From positions 148,180,001 through 148,244,000 of the forward strand of contig OX597815.1 of the NCBI GenBank assembly GCA_951406725.2: 64,000 nt of DNA, written 5' to 3'. Of this stretch, positions 28,750-42,519 are shown one piece after another. Below the pieces are notes generated by a model. The model was not told the DNA's origin, did no database searches, and saw nothing but the letters and a program-made list of their open reading frames with translations. Within the stretch, counting starts at the first letter, position 1; every line of letters starts with the position of its first letter. The stretch comes from Octopus vulgaris. Lineage: Eukaryota. Position numbers and translations under genes: made by a program.

Positions 28750-29400
28750 TTTAACAGAATAGTGGGTGGTCGGACAGGTTAAAGTGTTTGGAGTACGGAT
28801 CGATCCAGATCTATAAACGAAAAATATATCTAGGAATACAACGCGACCTGAATACATGCATACATAGCTGAAATAGGCTGAGAGGAACATTCATTAATGA
28901 TAGTGCAGCTGTGACGATCGCCCACGGGCAAGCCAATTGATTATATTCAAATATATACCATTGATGTCGAATGGCCAGGTTCTTTGTTCTCATATCCGTT
29001 TAGAAGAAAATAGTTCTGCCCATGCTGATGATATACGTTGCAGTTGCGCACTTACGAGCAATCCCTTCACAGAGAACAAATGCCATGATATTTGATGGGG
29101 CCAGCTTTGCAGCTCTGTGATAAAAGAGAAAAAAAAACGTTGTGGAAAAATGCATGTAGCAAACAACTAGTTTCTGCCCCTGAAACCATGCATGTTTTCC
29201 TATTTTCAAAACAATTTCCAATTATGTTTTTTTCTGCATGTGCATGCGTAATGAAATCGATTTTCAGAGGTGTTATCTTAACGAATCTCTCTGTTCCTGC
29301 GCATCAATTTTTCCTTTTCTTCTTCAATAGCTTCCGATGGTTATCCAGCAAGTTTCATTTCCATTACGATTGTAAAACCATACAAATTCGCTTTAATTCC
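28750..29400 (-). mobile_element. Highly decayed LINE APE-endonuclease relic (RTE/L2-like)
   Basis: Minus-strand fragments KNLAI, W...G-RSSQLHY and HFNLSDHPL occur in the order of the APE C-terminal motifs (L-x-I-x-NT, TW..G...QIDY, SDH), across frameshifts. Confidence 0.4.
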
Positions 29401-31188
29401 TACAGTTGTATACCTGTGATTTCTTTCGTAATAGCAATTTTTATTGTTGCAGCAGATTTCCTTTCAACGGAAATATTTATATTTTGACCGGTAGTAAACA
29501 GAGGTTACACTTGATGCGATAGATTTCCTGGTAGTTATCGTGGTTGCCGTGGTGGATTAGTCGCAGATATTTACAATATTCGGTCTGCTTCGGTAAGACG
29601 GTATATCATCTTCACCAATACCTCAAGGCTTACTGCAGCGTTTGTTGCTTCTGTTGGTGATATCAAAGCGACGTCATTATTATTGTCTTCGTTGTTTACG
29701 AAATTTCCATTTGTGTGGTTACGTTTTCTCGTCCATTGCTCCCAATATTTGTACTTCAAATTTTCTTGTTGATCTTTTGATTATTGTTGCTGTTGCTGTT
29801 ATCGTTATAATTGCTGATCCTCGCTTGCTCGTTGCTGATGTGGTTGTTGTAAATTTTAACTGCCTGTATTTATATTTTCGAAGGTGTTATCTCAGCGAAA
29901 AATGTTATTCTCGTTTACCGTTCGGCATTTCGCTTAGCTCAATTCGTTTTTCAATTTCTCACAACTTTTCCCTTCCCGTGCTACTCTATCACAATAATAA
30001 TTTTTCTGTCGACATTGGTAATTTTCAAAATTCTACTAAAAACGCGATCCAGTAACGATTCTAAAGAGAAGATCTATGAGACTCCAAGAGAAAAGTTGTA
30101 AAATACCATTCTAGTCACATTGACCAGATCAATTAAGAATGTGTAATGCATTTGATACATTTCATGAACATTAATCAACTTAAACACCTCCTAAACTATC
30201 AGCTGTAAACGAGTTCAAATAAATTTAGAAGTAGAATGAAAATAATTTTTGTCACGGCAATAATTTATCGGGTGATCAGAAGACAGAAAAAACTATGTTC
30301 TGTGGCATTGGTTTTATCGATAGAACCGTTCACGATCTTATGTTGTATTTTAATTTAGCCAACAGCATCCCAGAAAATTGGAAGTAGATGTACCAAATTA
30401 AACGTAATGGAAACACAAAGAATGACGTAACATAAGCAAACAAAATGGAAAAAGAACTTTTTATCTGAGGTAATTATAAAACTGGAGAAATATAGAATAT
30501 CATTAAAATAAGTGACACAGGGAAGACAAAAACATAGTAACAAAATCAAAGTAAAATGAGGGAGACGGGGTGTGAGAGATGGCAACAAGAACCATATCGG
30601 CCGAAATGCTTATGGGATGAGAGCTAAATCAAAAGAATTCAAGGAGTTTGAGCTTAGTTTTTGTATATTAAATAGAAGTAAGAGAGTTCAAAAAGGGGAA
30701 AAACTTTCAAAATATTAATACATGAATATAAATGAAAATCATTCATACATTAATATATATAGATAGGTGAATCATGCTTACAAATTAACGAGATTATTTT
30801 TGTAGTGGTACACGCCCGATTATTGATATCCTGTTCTTCATATGAGTGGAAATATATGTTACACTCATAGAAACACACAGGCGCGTGCACATATGCACTA
30901 CCGCAGATAACGTTTAGAAACAGAAACAAGTCAAGAAATACAGGCTGTCATATAATAGTGAGTAGTGTGAGTGTATATTATTAAAAAAAATGCGTTATCA
31001 TTAAGGTTTCGTAGCGAATTTCCCACACGTTTTCTTACCAGATTTTAGGAACGATTTATTTACTTAATGAGAGTATGATACATTTTATTCTAACACACAT
31101 ACACACACACACACGAACATACACACAAATGCATACGTATGTGTACATAAATACAAACACATATATTTGTATAAGTAGAACATGTATA

Positions 31189-31385
<197 letters not shown>

Positions 31386-31386
<1 letters not shown>

Positions 31387-31522
31387 TATCTTTGACTTTT
31401 GCTTTATGTCTGGACAAGTTGGCTCCAAGTCTCACCCAGAGACCTCAAGAGACAACAGGTTGGAAGTTCTGTGCCATAAATTTGGGGTCTTTTTTTTTTG
31501 GTGTTGTACTAGTGAATGTCTA
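31386..31522 (-). mobile_element. 3'UTR-only fragment of the R4/Dong-like LINE
   Basis: tttgacttttgcttt...ggctccaagtctcacccagagacctcaagagacaacaggttggaagttc is the reverse complement of 22402-22481. Confidence 0.8.
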
Positions 31523-31599
31523 ATACATAAAAATAAAATAAAAAATAAAAAAATAAAATAAAATAAAATAAAATAAATAAATAAATAAAAATTTGTTTA

Positions 31600-31664
<65 letters not shown>

Positions 31665-31690
31665 TTTATTATCATCATCATTATTATTAA

Positions 31691-32227
31691 GAGAGAGAGA
31701 GAGCAGTGCATGCCAGCAAAGCGACACTGGGGTAAAATATACGAGGCCCAGTATACCCATCATGACTACACTAGGCACAGGCATCACAGCCATATTTTTC
31801 AGGGCATTGTGCTCTATCAAGATAAACAGCGTATGAGCTTGCAGGTAGGGGCCTGTTAGAATTTTCTTCTGGTCGAGTAACGCATCCCGCTCAAAAGGTC
31901 CCTGAATAAGGGTTGTTTAAGGATGTTGATCGAAACATCCATGTTTCCAGAGGTGAATTATTCAAACCTCAAATAATTCCTCTCAACACATGGCTATGAT
32001 GTTCCCCCACTATTTCTGTTCGCGATCAGAGATGCACATATCGTCAGCCACAGAGTGGACATGCTCAACTGGTTAAGGTCAAACATCTGACAAGTAAATC
32101 TGTGGTATTGAGCAGAATATTTGCTGTAGCCCATCTTTTATACCAAGACAAAACAATTTACATGATAACACTTCAATCAGTGAAGATCAGAAGCCATGAG
32201 AGCCACTGCCTGGTACTGCATCAGAGC

Positions 32228-32229
<2 letters not shown>
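31691..32229 (-). mobile_element. ~550 bp non-coding (TAA)n-flanked element, copy 2 (more diverged, small deletions)
   Basis: Colinear with 20876-21425, with (TTA)n on both sides. Confidence 0.88.
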
Positions 32230-32267
<38 letters not shown>

Positions 32268-32440
32268 GATAAAATAATTCTCTCTGATAGTAAACTGCAG
32301 TTTTTTCTGCGGAATTTTACTCGTTTTCACCCGTGGGTAAATGAGGAGGTATGCAAAATCTCATTCCTCTGTTTGAATTCGGAAGTACTTGCCGTTGGAT
32401 GTACGTTGTCCGATGTCGCTTAATCGCATAAGTATGATAA

Positions 32441-32738
32441 TTTTCAGTGCTCTCAAATTTAAAATATTGAATTACTGTACTGAAGACGAGAATGATAGAG
32501 TAGAAATATGATTTTACATTTTTCACATATCCCTAAATCCGAAAAGTTTATACAGTTAATCAGAGCCGCGTGGATTCGTTATTTTTCTCTTTACCTGCGT
32601 GAGTTGTTGAGTATTGCTGTCTGGGAGATTTTATTATGGTAGTGAAATATAAGATTTAACTGCTATTTCTAAATTTCGGTATGTGGTGAAGCAAATTTTG
32701 CTAAATCACAATTATAATTATACTCATAATTATAGAAC
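32441..32738 (+). mobile_element. Solo PLE terminal module with an HHR relic (32474-32556)
   Basis: ACTGTA-CTGAAGA-...-GAAA-agtt-TA-TACAGT gives a perfect 6-bp stem I with decayed stems II and III. It is followed by ctgctatttctaaatttcggtatgtggtgaagc and is homologous to the reverse complement of 35852-36135. Confidence 0.7.
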
Positions 32739-32742
32739 TTTT

Positions 32743-32807
<65 letters not shown>

Positions 32808-32840
32808 GTCAAATGACTGAAACGAGTAAAAGAGTTAGAG

Positions 32841-32896
<56 letters not shown>

Positions 32897-32898
<2 letters not shown>

Positions 32899-33060
32899 GA
32901 CGGGCGTATTTCAGTTCCCGTCTACTAAATTCACTCTCAAGTATTTGGTCGGCCCGAGGCTATAGCAGAACACATTCGTCCAAGTTTCCACGCAATGGGA
33001 CTGAACCCGGAAACATGTGACTCGTAAGTAAGCTACTTACCACACAGCCACTCCTAAGCC
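32897..33060 (-). mobile_element. SINE family A, 5' half
   Basis: gctacttaccacacagccactcct is the reverse complement of the SINE head. Confidence 0.8.
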
Positions 33061-33179
33061 TACATACACAAACAGCCACACAAAAAGCACATGCATTCGA
33101 AATTATATATGCATGTGTGTAGATATATTCTTTTATTTCTAGTCTGTCTATCTGAAATTATAATCTTCATATAATTTAT

Positions 33180-33372
33180 TTCTTTATTGCCCACAAGGGT
33201 CTAAACATAGAGGGGACAAACAAGCACGGATAAAGGGTTTAATTGGATTACATCGACCTAAGTGCGTAACTGGTACTTATTTAATCAACCCCGAAAGGGT
33301 GTAAGGCGATGTCGACCTCGGCGGAATTTGAACGGAGCACGTAACGGCAAGTGAAATACCACTAAGGAATTC
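33180..33372 (-). mobile_element. SINE family B fragment (related to 45288-45500 and 42735-42880)
   Basis: gtcgacctcggcggaatttgaac is the reverse complement of the gttcaaa..cgccgag.tcgac B-box-like segment seen at 45365-45388. Confidence 0.65.
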
Positions 33373-35269
33373 GCAGAACAAATATAACAAAATCGTGCAG
33401 TTTTCTTCCTCTTTTGATAACACCAGGTTAATGTAATTCTTAGAATTATATTCTTCACCGTATTTCATGTTCCTTTACAAATAATTACTTTTTTCATCGT
33501 AAGTCATGCTTAAGAAGAATATAATTGTCAATGCAAATTGCGCCCAAGCGTGGTTTTCATTATTCCCATACTCTCTATGCGTTATATCATTCATTCAGTA
33601 TTTTCCCACGTATGAGATAATTAAAAATGGTGCTTTCTAAATGTGTTTATATCATTTATATTCTCCATGGTCTCTGAATTTTATTTTTTGTTTTTCATAT
33701 GGAATTCTATTCTATGAAATTCATGAAGATGCATATGTTTCATAGAAGGAATATTATTTTTGGCGATTTATTTAAATTTAAAAATTCATGCTCGTTGCTT
33801 TTATCCAAGCTCCTGGCAAACTTCATCAAATGGCATATGGTTAGTATATCTTTCCAGCCAAGACGATGAAATAGGCTTATAAGGCGCAAGGATTCCAAAA
33901 CGACTTTGTCCCTTATGCTCTTAATTCCTCAAACATATGCACATACGTTTCAAGGAAATCTGCAAATTATTTCTAGATATATTGAACAAATTGCATGATG
34001 CTTCCTCTTTACATCTCCATCAATATAGATAGAATTGTAAGATATAATCATTACTGGGAGTTATGTTGTCGCCTGGTGGATATAGAAACCTATTTTGCAT
34101 ATAAGAAGCTTTGAAAATAACGCGTTCTAAAAGATACAGAATGTTTTGGATAATCAGTTTCAGAATATTATTTTCTAGAACTTGCTTGAGATTAGACAAA
34201 AATTGAAATTTCCCAAAAGCATGTTGAGAAAATATCAATATGCACATGCATGAATATCAAAAAATATATGTATATTCTATAAACTCTAGAAACTCTTAAG
34301 ATCTCTATCTAAAGATTTATTTATTTATCTATTTATTGGGCAATGTTTTTTTAGGATATATTACTGTTATTCTTTAAACTTGTTCGAGCCAAAAATTTCA
34401 GAATTCTCATAGGACCAGCATGGAAATAATTCTAAATATTCGTTTTTCATACATGTTCAAAATTATGTTTTCTTATATATGCGACATATTTACTTAATAT
34501 ATTGCATGAAGTGAATGAGAATAAATGAAATTTTTGCATTGAATATTACACAAAACTAACTTGCAAATGGCTTAACATTTTAATAGGACAAAACTATTGC
34601 TTTCCGTGGGCCTGTATCTAATCTCGAGTTAGTTATTTAAACCAGAATGTGCTTGTCTATGTCGATACTTAGACGTTATTCTCTTACGCTTTTAAACATA
34701 TATATGTCTGATATTCGAAATTAAAGTTATATAATAGTCTATTAATATTATTAAGTGACACAGAAATATAGAGAGTTGGAGAGAAATGCATGCAGAGCAC
34801 CGGCTGAGAAGATTTCAGAGATATGATTCTGTGAAATGTCTTACACAAAATGAATGAAGGGTGTATTTAATTTTCTTCCAAAGATAATCAAAGAGAGATA
34901 AATTGAAATTAACAAATAGATATCTCTTACAAGATAACCATCTATGGTAGGTTGTTATATTACATCTCATTACGATATAAATTTGAATTTGCGGAGGAGA
35001 TAAAATTTAATGTAAATAAGGAAAACTTGATAAGTACTATTATAATTCAAAGGTGAATGCGGAAGGCACTCAAAGACGTATAATACAGCTCTTAGCATTT
35101 GATCCTTTACTTATTTCAATCATTTGACTGAGTCCTTGTTTCAGCATCATCTTCAAATGTTTTAGACAAAAAAATTGAAACACTAAACTACGGTGCAGTA
35201 AAGAAACTAACCCTGGTTGTCAAGTGGACGTGGTGGTTACACGCACTCATACTTATACAAGCATACATA

Positions 35270-35310
<41 letters not shown>

Positions 35311-35317
35311 GCATACC

Positions 35318-35398
<81 letters not shown>

Positions 35399-35851
35399 AC
35401 ATATATACATATATACATACATATATATATTTATATACATACATGTATATATACTTACATATAGATATATATTCACGGGTTAGTAGACAAACCAAACACG
35501 GGCACTCAACACATGTATTGGGAGTTACGTGTATAGATCATATTTCTTTGATCCACACCTCTAGGCACTTTAACGCTCAAGCGTGTGGCTCGTCTTCGTC
35601 CATTGTGTTCCGAATGACGGTTCTTCAATTGAAGATAGTCAGATTTTTCTACTGGATGTTAGTCTGCGAGTGTTCGAGAAAAGGTCACACGAGTTAACGG
35701 TTTGCTGTTGGCAAATTACTGCATAGTCGACAGAAAATCAACCGCGTGGTGAACAGGGAATCGACCGCTCGATGGATAAGAAATAGGATGTGCGCTTGAG
35801 GTAGGTTGGGAGGGGCGGCAGTTGTGAGTGGAATATATACATATATATATA

Positions 35852-36469
35852 TAATAATTTTTACAATCATGAGTATAATTATAATTAATGTTTAGCAAAA
35901 AAATTTGCTTCACCACATACCGAAATTTAGAAGTAGCAGCCAAAGAAACTAGCTATTCTCCCAGATAACATATAATCAAAAACAATTTACGTAGTCAAAG
36001 AGGAAAAACAATGAAATTCACTCGGCATTTGATTAACTGTGGACGCGTTTCGGAGTTAGATAGATATGAAATCGCATTTCCATTCCAATCCTTCTCGCTC
36101 AGTATATCAAGATTTTAAATTTGAGAGCACTGATAAAATTGAACATACCTTCCGATTCAAATAACATCAGACAAGCTATATCCAATGACCAGTACCAACG
36201 AATTCAAAACACACGATTGAGATCTCGCATTCTCCTTCACCCACCCACGTGTGTTGTCGACTAAAAAAAATTCTACAGAACAATTTTCATTGTTTTTCCT
36301 CTTTGCCTGCGTGAATTGTTTTTGAGTATATGTTATCTGGGAGAATTTCGTACGGTAGACAAATAGCTAGTTTCTTTGGCTGCTATTTCTAAATTTCGGT
36401 ATGTGGTGAAGCAATTTTTTTTTTGCTAAACTCTAATTATAATTATACTCATAATTATAAAAAATTATT
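35852..36469. repeat. Inverted PLE terminal modules (arms ~35852-36018 / ~36281-36469), with a decayed minus-strand HHR at ~36040-36102
   Basis: The arms are reverse complements (cttcaccacataccgaaatttagaagtagcagccaaagaaactagctatt vs aatagctagtttctttggctgctatttctaaatttcggtatgtggtgaag). The minus strand of the spacer reads CTGAgCGA...TCC-GAAA-CGCG-TC. Confidence 0.8.
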
Positions 36470-37227
36470 GTTTAAGTTTACCGATAATGGTCCTTTTAAC
36501 GTGCCGAATACTACTTGGTAGAATTATTAATTATTAATTGATTAATTAGTTTTACTCTATATTATTATTGATAATAAATATATATATATATATATATGTG
36601 TGTGTGTATGTGTGTGTGTGTGTGTATGTGTGTGTGTGCGTGTGTGTGTTTGTGTGTGTGTGTTTGTGCGTGTGTGTATATTTGTATATGCCCGTATATC
36701 TACGTGCGTGCATCCGTACTTATACGAGTATGTACAAGCATACATCTGCGCTCGCGCGCACGCACACACAGGCACACACACGCATACACATGAAGGCACA
36801 CATACACGTGATCACAATCTCAATGTTCATATGCACACGAGCACCCTCACACTCGCACACACACACTCTCATGCGAACGTGTATATAGATGCAGAAGCAC
36901 GATTGTGCATGTATATGGGCACGCACGTACGCACATGAACGCCTACGCACACACATCCATGCGCATGCATACGGTGAGCAGGTGCATATGCGCAGTCATG
37001 GACATGCATGCGCGCACACATATACTCGTGTAGTCATGCACAATCTTTGATGTACAAGGGTGAGAGTATGCTGGTAAACAGGCATGGAAAAGTGTTGGAG
37101 ATTGGTGATTTTTGGTACTGTTCATGGAGGTTACTTTGTGACGGTGATCTTGGTACATGCGTTGTTCGGGATGGCTGGTATTAAGGAGGTAAATCCGAGT
37201 TGTCGAAATTTACCAGAAGTCTCTTCC

Positions 37228-38435
37228 TCAGGTGACAGCAATACGTAGCTCATATATCTTGTTCATAGATACTGAGAGCTTGTATATGATATGCAGCTTT
37301 TCATGGAGGCACAGCTGGAAAATAGTGGTGCAGGGTGAATAATGGAACGTCTTGTCAATAATAGTCCACTTGATGCTGGGTGTTTCGTCTCGGAAGTCAG
37401 TAAATCTCCAGAGAAAGTGCGACACAGAAGTGTAGTTCTGTCTTTGCCTGGATCTAAATGAATGCAAGTGCTGGGAATATCTTTCCCTGAAGTCGTTAAC
37501 TGTCATACCCGTATAGTGCCTAGTAATGCCATCGGATAGTGTAAAAGTAGCTCTGTATACTACAATCATTCAGATTCAGGATACGTCTAGAGGGAAGGCG
37601 GTAGGATTTCGGAAGTTGTTGGATGATTTTCTTAATTCTTTTGCGGTATTTGGGGATCGTCCACATACGTAAGTTGCTCACAAAATCTACTCGTAGCCAA
37701 AGCATCATTGTAGAGGGGTGCAGCCGTATTATAGATCTCTTTGTTGACTGAGAGTTTAGAAAGCTGTTTGTTAAAATCTAAAATCAGGTTTCAAATTTAA
37801 GCAGTGAGCATAATTTGAATACATACCATTTCTTCATCAGGCTTGCTGTAGGGGTGGTATTTGCTCTTCTTCAGGTATAAGGTCACCTCTAAGAAATCGA
37901 CTGCTGTGAGGTTTTAGTAACCGTTATGTATAGGCCAAAATCTTTTAATATGTTTATCAAGTCCTCCTCAACATATCCATGCCGTGGTCATTCATATGGT
38001 TTGAAATAGCCAGTCCATTCTCTCTATAGAAGGCCGACCTCTTGGGATGTGTACGTCTCTTGAGGATATTCAAGATGTATAACCCGACGAGGTTGGCGAT
38101 TTCAGCCTTGTCAAAGCTCCCCATAGAGACATCAAGCAACGAGTCGCTTTTTCTTCACCCAATAGGAATCGTTTTGGACGAGAATTGACTTTCTGGAATT
38201 CATGATAATTCTGAGACCAAGATCACTAATGCTGGTGAATTGTCGAGAAAAAGCTAGGGCTTTTAGAAGGGGGGACTTAGATATGAAAAGTAGAAATCAA
38301 CAATGTCGAACTGGGTGAATTTGCAAGCTGATTTATTCTTCATATCGCCGAACAAATCTATTACAGCTGTGCTAGAGTTCCATTGAGTCAACCTTGTAGC
38401 CCTTCTGATGTCAGAGTTGATATTATCGAGAATAT
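37228..38435 (-). mobile_element. Degenerate Penelope-like retroelement (Naiad type): RT plus C-terminal GIY-YIG
   Basis: RT motifs FTQFDIVDFY, DVSMGSFDKAEIANLVGLYIL, FYRENGL (a decayed YRDDGL) and VDFLEVTL. GIY-YIG motifs VVYRA...YTGMT...FRERYSQH...IKWTII...QLCLHEKLHII. Frameshifts and stops; 5' truncated. Confidence 0.88.
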
Positions 38436-39070
38436 ATCCTGTTCAGCATGTGGTGATTTCCAACCAATAGTCGTCGCTGAAATACCAACATCAAACCGCT
38501 ATACTGCGTGACCTCTCTCGACTAATCGCTTACAAACACTAGTTACCTAATAAACACCAAGTAGATAGCTACCTCACTTTGTGATTATGAGTGCTCCAAA
38601 CCTCATGTGTGCTTACGATCACATTTTTGCGGATGCTTGTATGAGCGAGTGTACTCGCGCCACACAGCTTACCCTAGGGCATTTATACATCCATATTTGT
38701 TAACGGTTATTTTTAATATTGTTCCCGCTAGATTCCGTATGCGTTCCTCTTTTTGCCATATGTGATATTATTTTTGAGCTTCTATATAAATGAAGATATT
38801 TCCCTCGTCTCGGTGCTTTTGTTTCTCAAAGCGAGAAGTTACACTGCGAGTTGTATTTATTTATCACCCGAAGAGATTCATCTACACCGATGGATGCTTC
38901 AGAACCAGTTGTTGAGTATCGAAAGAATTGTTGCGATGAATAAATTCTGATATATTCCTTCTAACGTCTTTCATTTGCCATATACATAACGATCACTGTG
39001 AACGTGACTGTGCTTTACCAGTAAGCAACCAGGTATAAACTATTCATTTTATTATCCATGATAAACATAC

Positions 39071-39152
<82 letters not shown>

Positions 39153-40557
39153 ACAAGGGGCCTCTTTCATTTTCCCTCTCTAAATACATACAAATGAAAC
39201 TAAATAAAGTACAAAAGGAACAAAACAACTAAGAATGTTTTATAACGTCTGCTGATTTATAATGACGGTGAACATCGATTCATATCCTCCAATACCTTAC
39301 ATCACAAGCACCACTATGTACGAAACATATGAGCTGCATTTGAAAGCTCTTTGAAATTCAATAGTAATTTTTGTAAGTAATTATTACATAATACGTATGT
39401 TAAATTGCCACCCACCATATATCATTTCCAATCGAACTGTACTTATCAATTGGTTTAACGATGTCGAAAATTTGTCCAGATAGAGATTCCTCTTACAATG
39501 TCGTAGCGTAATCTTTTACCGTTTCGCACAAATATGAACAAATATTGATATGAGTTATTGTAAGTATGTTGAATGTAAGAAAATATTTCAGACCAGATGG
39601 AAAAGTTTTGAATTTTTAGCACTATATTTATTATATTTCATCACTCTTTAAAATAAATACACAAATGTTCTAAGTTTTGTTGCTCAAGCCAGCCACAAAT
39701 CTGTCGAAAAACATAGCTTTTGACATTCAGAAAAGGATATCGAGAAATAATACATCGGCGTTTTTATCCTGAAGCTGGTTAACTATTGTCAATCGTTCTG
39801 TGTTGAGTCAGCTACAACTTCTCTTGGGGAAAGTTTACCGTAAATTTAAGAGAACATACTTTAAACCAGTTTTATGGTTACTTTAAGTACGAAAGATTAC
39901 TCTGAATGTAGCCAGATCTACGAAGTTGTTCTCTACCTTTCACTAAATCTCTGTCCTCGATAGAAACGAGAACCTTCTTGAAGATATCATCGTAGAAATG
40001 AATAACTATCATAAAATTCTCTTTCTGTACATAACATATACACATGTAAAATGGATGTGTTCTCAATTTTAGTCACAGATCATTGATAGCTGATATACTT
40101 CCTGTGCATGGCACGTAAATATGCACGTGTTGTTCAAAACTGATGAAATAAATCTGTGATGTGGCTTCAAGTAAAAGTAAGCATTAGATTTTCCTGCTGA
40201 GAGAAATAAAGAGGAGAGGCTCTTGTTAAAAGGTAATATAATCTAACATGTTGGCAACTTTCGCACGGAAAACTTGCTTTCTTACAGTTTTGTTTCCGTC
40301 ATCTTGTCACAGTAAAGAACTTGATAATCCGTTTTTAAGCAAATGTATCTTCTGAGGAAAAAAAGAAAGAAAACATTTTGAATATGTGATATACATTGGA
40401 GTTAAAACTTTCTCATTCACATTACAATGAAGAAACAGATATGCATGTACATGCATGGAGAAATATATTCTCATCATAGAGACAGTCGCTAGAATAGTGA
40501 TGGCATTCTCTAAAAAGACGAAATAAGTGTGTTGTTATTGGATGACATAAACACATA

Positions 40558-40719
40558 GGCATAGGCGTGGCTGTGTGGTAAGTAGCTTGCTTATGAACCA
40601 CATTCTTCCGGGTTCAGTCCCACTGCGTGGCGCCTTAAGCAATTGTCTTTTACTGTAGCCTCGGGCCGACCAAGTCATTGCAAGTAGATTTAGTAGACGG
40701 AAACTGAAGAAAGTACTTC

Positions 40720-40779
<60 letters not shown>

Positions 40780-41022
40780 GTGTATATGTGTGTGTATATG
40801 TTTGTGTGTCTGTGTTTGTCCCCCAGTATCGCTTGACAACCGATGCTAGTGTTTTTATGTCCCCGTATCTTAGCGGTTCGGGAAAAGAGAGCGATAAAAT
40901 AAGTACTAGTCTTACAAAGTATATGTCTTGGGGTTGATTTGCTGGACTAAAAAGCGGTGCTCCAGCATGACCACAGCCAAATGACTGAAAGAAGTAAAAG
41001 AGTTAAGAGTAAGGGTAAGAGT
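40558..41022 (+). mobile_element. SINE family A, full length
   Basis: Head, internal (TA)n and (aagagt)-like tail as in 49936-50408. Confidence 0.88.
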
Positions 41023-41347
41023 AATACATGCGCACACACTCTCAAACGCACGCACATATATTCATATATTTACATATATATATACATACATACAAGCATG
41101 CACACACACATTTACACACACATGTATATGTAAGTATATATGCATGTATGTATGTATGAATGTATGTATCTAAGCATACAGTTTTCTATATTATTCTGAT
41201 AAACCTTCTTTGTACCAATATGCCATTTTTAACAGACGCAGAAGTTAGTGTTGATATGTGATTTTAAAAATAGCTACTTTACGCTTGAAACTATCACATA
41301 ATTTCTGCCTACTCCACACGCACACGTTGACTAGATAACAAGGATGG

Positions 41348-41394
<47 letters not shown>

Positions 41395-41575
41395 AATATT
41401 AGAATGAATTATCTTGTTATGGATAATTCGGTTAACCGATACCTGGGTAGCAAATTCACATCAGAGAAGGCACGTTTGAAGTTACGTGCTTTCGTGTGGA
41501 AATTTGTATGTTTTTTTTTTAAATATAAATATATGAAAGAATGGAGTTGAACGACGAATTAACAAAATTCCTTTA

Positions 41576-41658
41576 TTTTCGACATATGTTTCGAAGGCTG
41601 CATATTCCTGATTGCGAAGGAATAAGGAGTATATTATGTCGCTTTCTCATCAGGAAAA
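41576..41658 (-). ncRNA. PLE-type hammerhead ribozyme (type I, palindromic stem III)
   Basis: The reverse complement reads TTTTC-CTGATGA-GAAAGCGACAT...ATGCAGCCTTC-GAAA-CATATG-TC-GAAAA: 5-bp stem I, intact core, long imperfect stem II, GUC triplet. Confidence 0.75.
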
Positions 41659-41865
41659 GCAAGGAACTTATGTCAACATCAAGATGCACAAAAAACTTTT
41701 AGATGACTGCTCACACGGAGCCCATAACGATAATGAGTGTCTCTTTAAAAAATTCCTTTATAAGGAGTGACGTCAAAATGGTTGGATGTAGAAAATTCTA
41801 GAAGGTTCTAAAGGTTCAAGGGTTCAAACGAAGTAGGAGAAGAGAGGCATAAGAATAGGAAGGTG

Positions 41866-42083
41866 AAAGGGTGCAGTTCAAATGAATGGTAAATGTTCTT
41901 TTGTGAATGAGTGTCTGTGTGTGTGACTGTATATAACTGCATTAATGTGTGTGTGTATGTATGTATAAACACAATCACGCACACACATACACACACACAC
42001 ACATTAATGCAGTTATATACAGTCACACACACAGACACTCATTCACAAAAGAAAATTAACCATTCATTTGAACTGCACCCTTT
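41866..42083. repeat. Near-perfect ~95 bp hairpin
   Basis: aaagggtgcagttcaaatgaatgg...cattaatgtgtgtgtg pairs with cacacacattaatg...ccattcatttgaactgcaccctt with very few mismatches. Confidence 0.93.
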
Positions 42084-42519
42084 TTCACTAAGAATTAGCT
42101 AGAAAAATAGTATACGTATGAATGTATATAAATAAACTATATAAAATGGTATTTCATCTTTCTTCAATTCTTCCCAACCTGTTTAACATAATTAATTCTG
42201 TTTAATAATTTGTAACGTTTTTTTTTTATAGCGGTACGTAATAAGGACATGATCTTCAACATACATACATCTTCATAAGATGTATATGTGTACATTAGCG
42301 TCCGTACAAGACTTACGCTAACATGACGTACATTTTAACTTGAGAGATAATACTTATTGATATCTTTTACTATTTAAGGGACGGCTTTATCAATATCAAC
42401 TTCCACTCAAGGCAATTAAAATATACACTTGTAAATGAGTATAAAAATAAGCAGCCTTAAAATAACGTATATTTTAACTATTATAACTGCTGTGGAAAAC
42501 CTGGTGACCATAAAAAGTA

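Noticed and set aside
39740-39880. Weak resemblance to a hAT dimerisation motif (ATTSLGES..KRTY)
   Set aside because: Too few conserved residues, and frameshifts are required.
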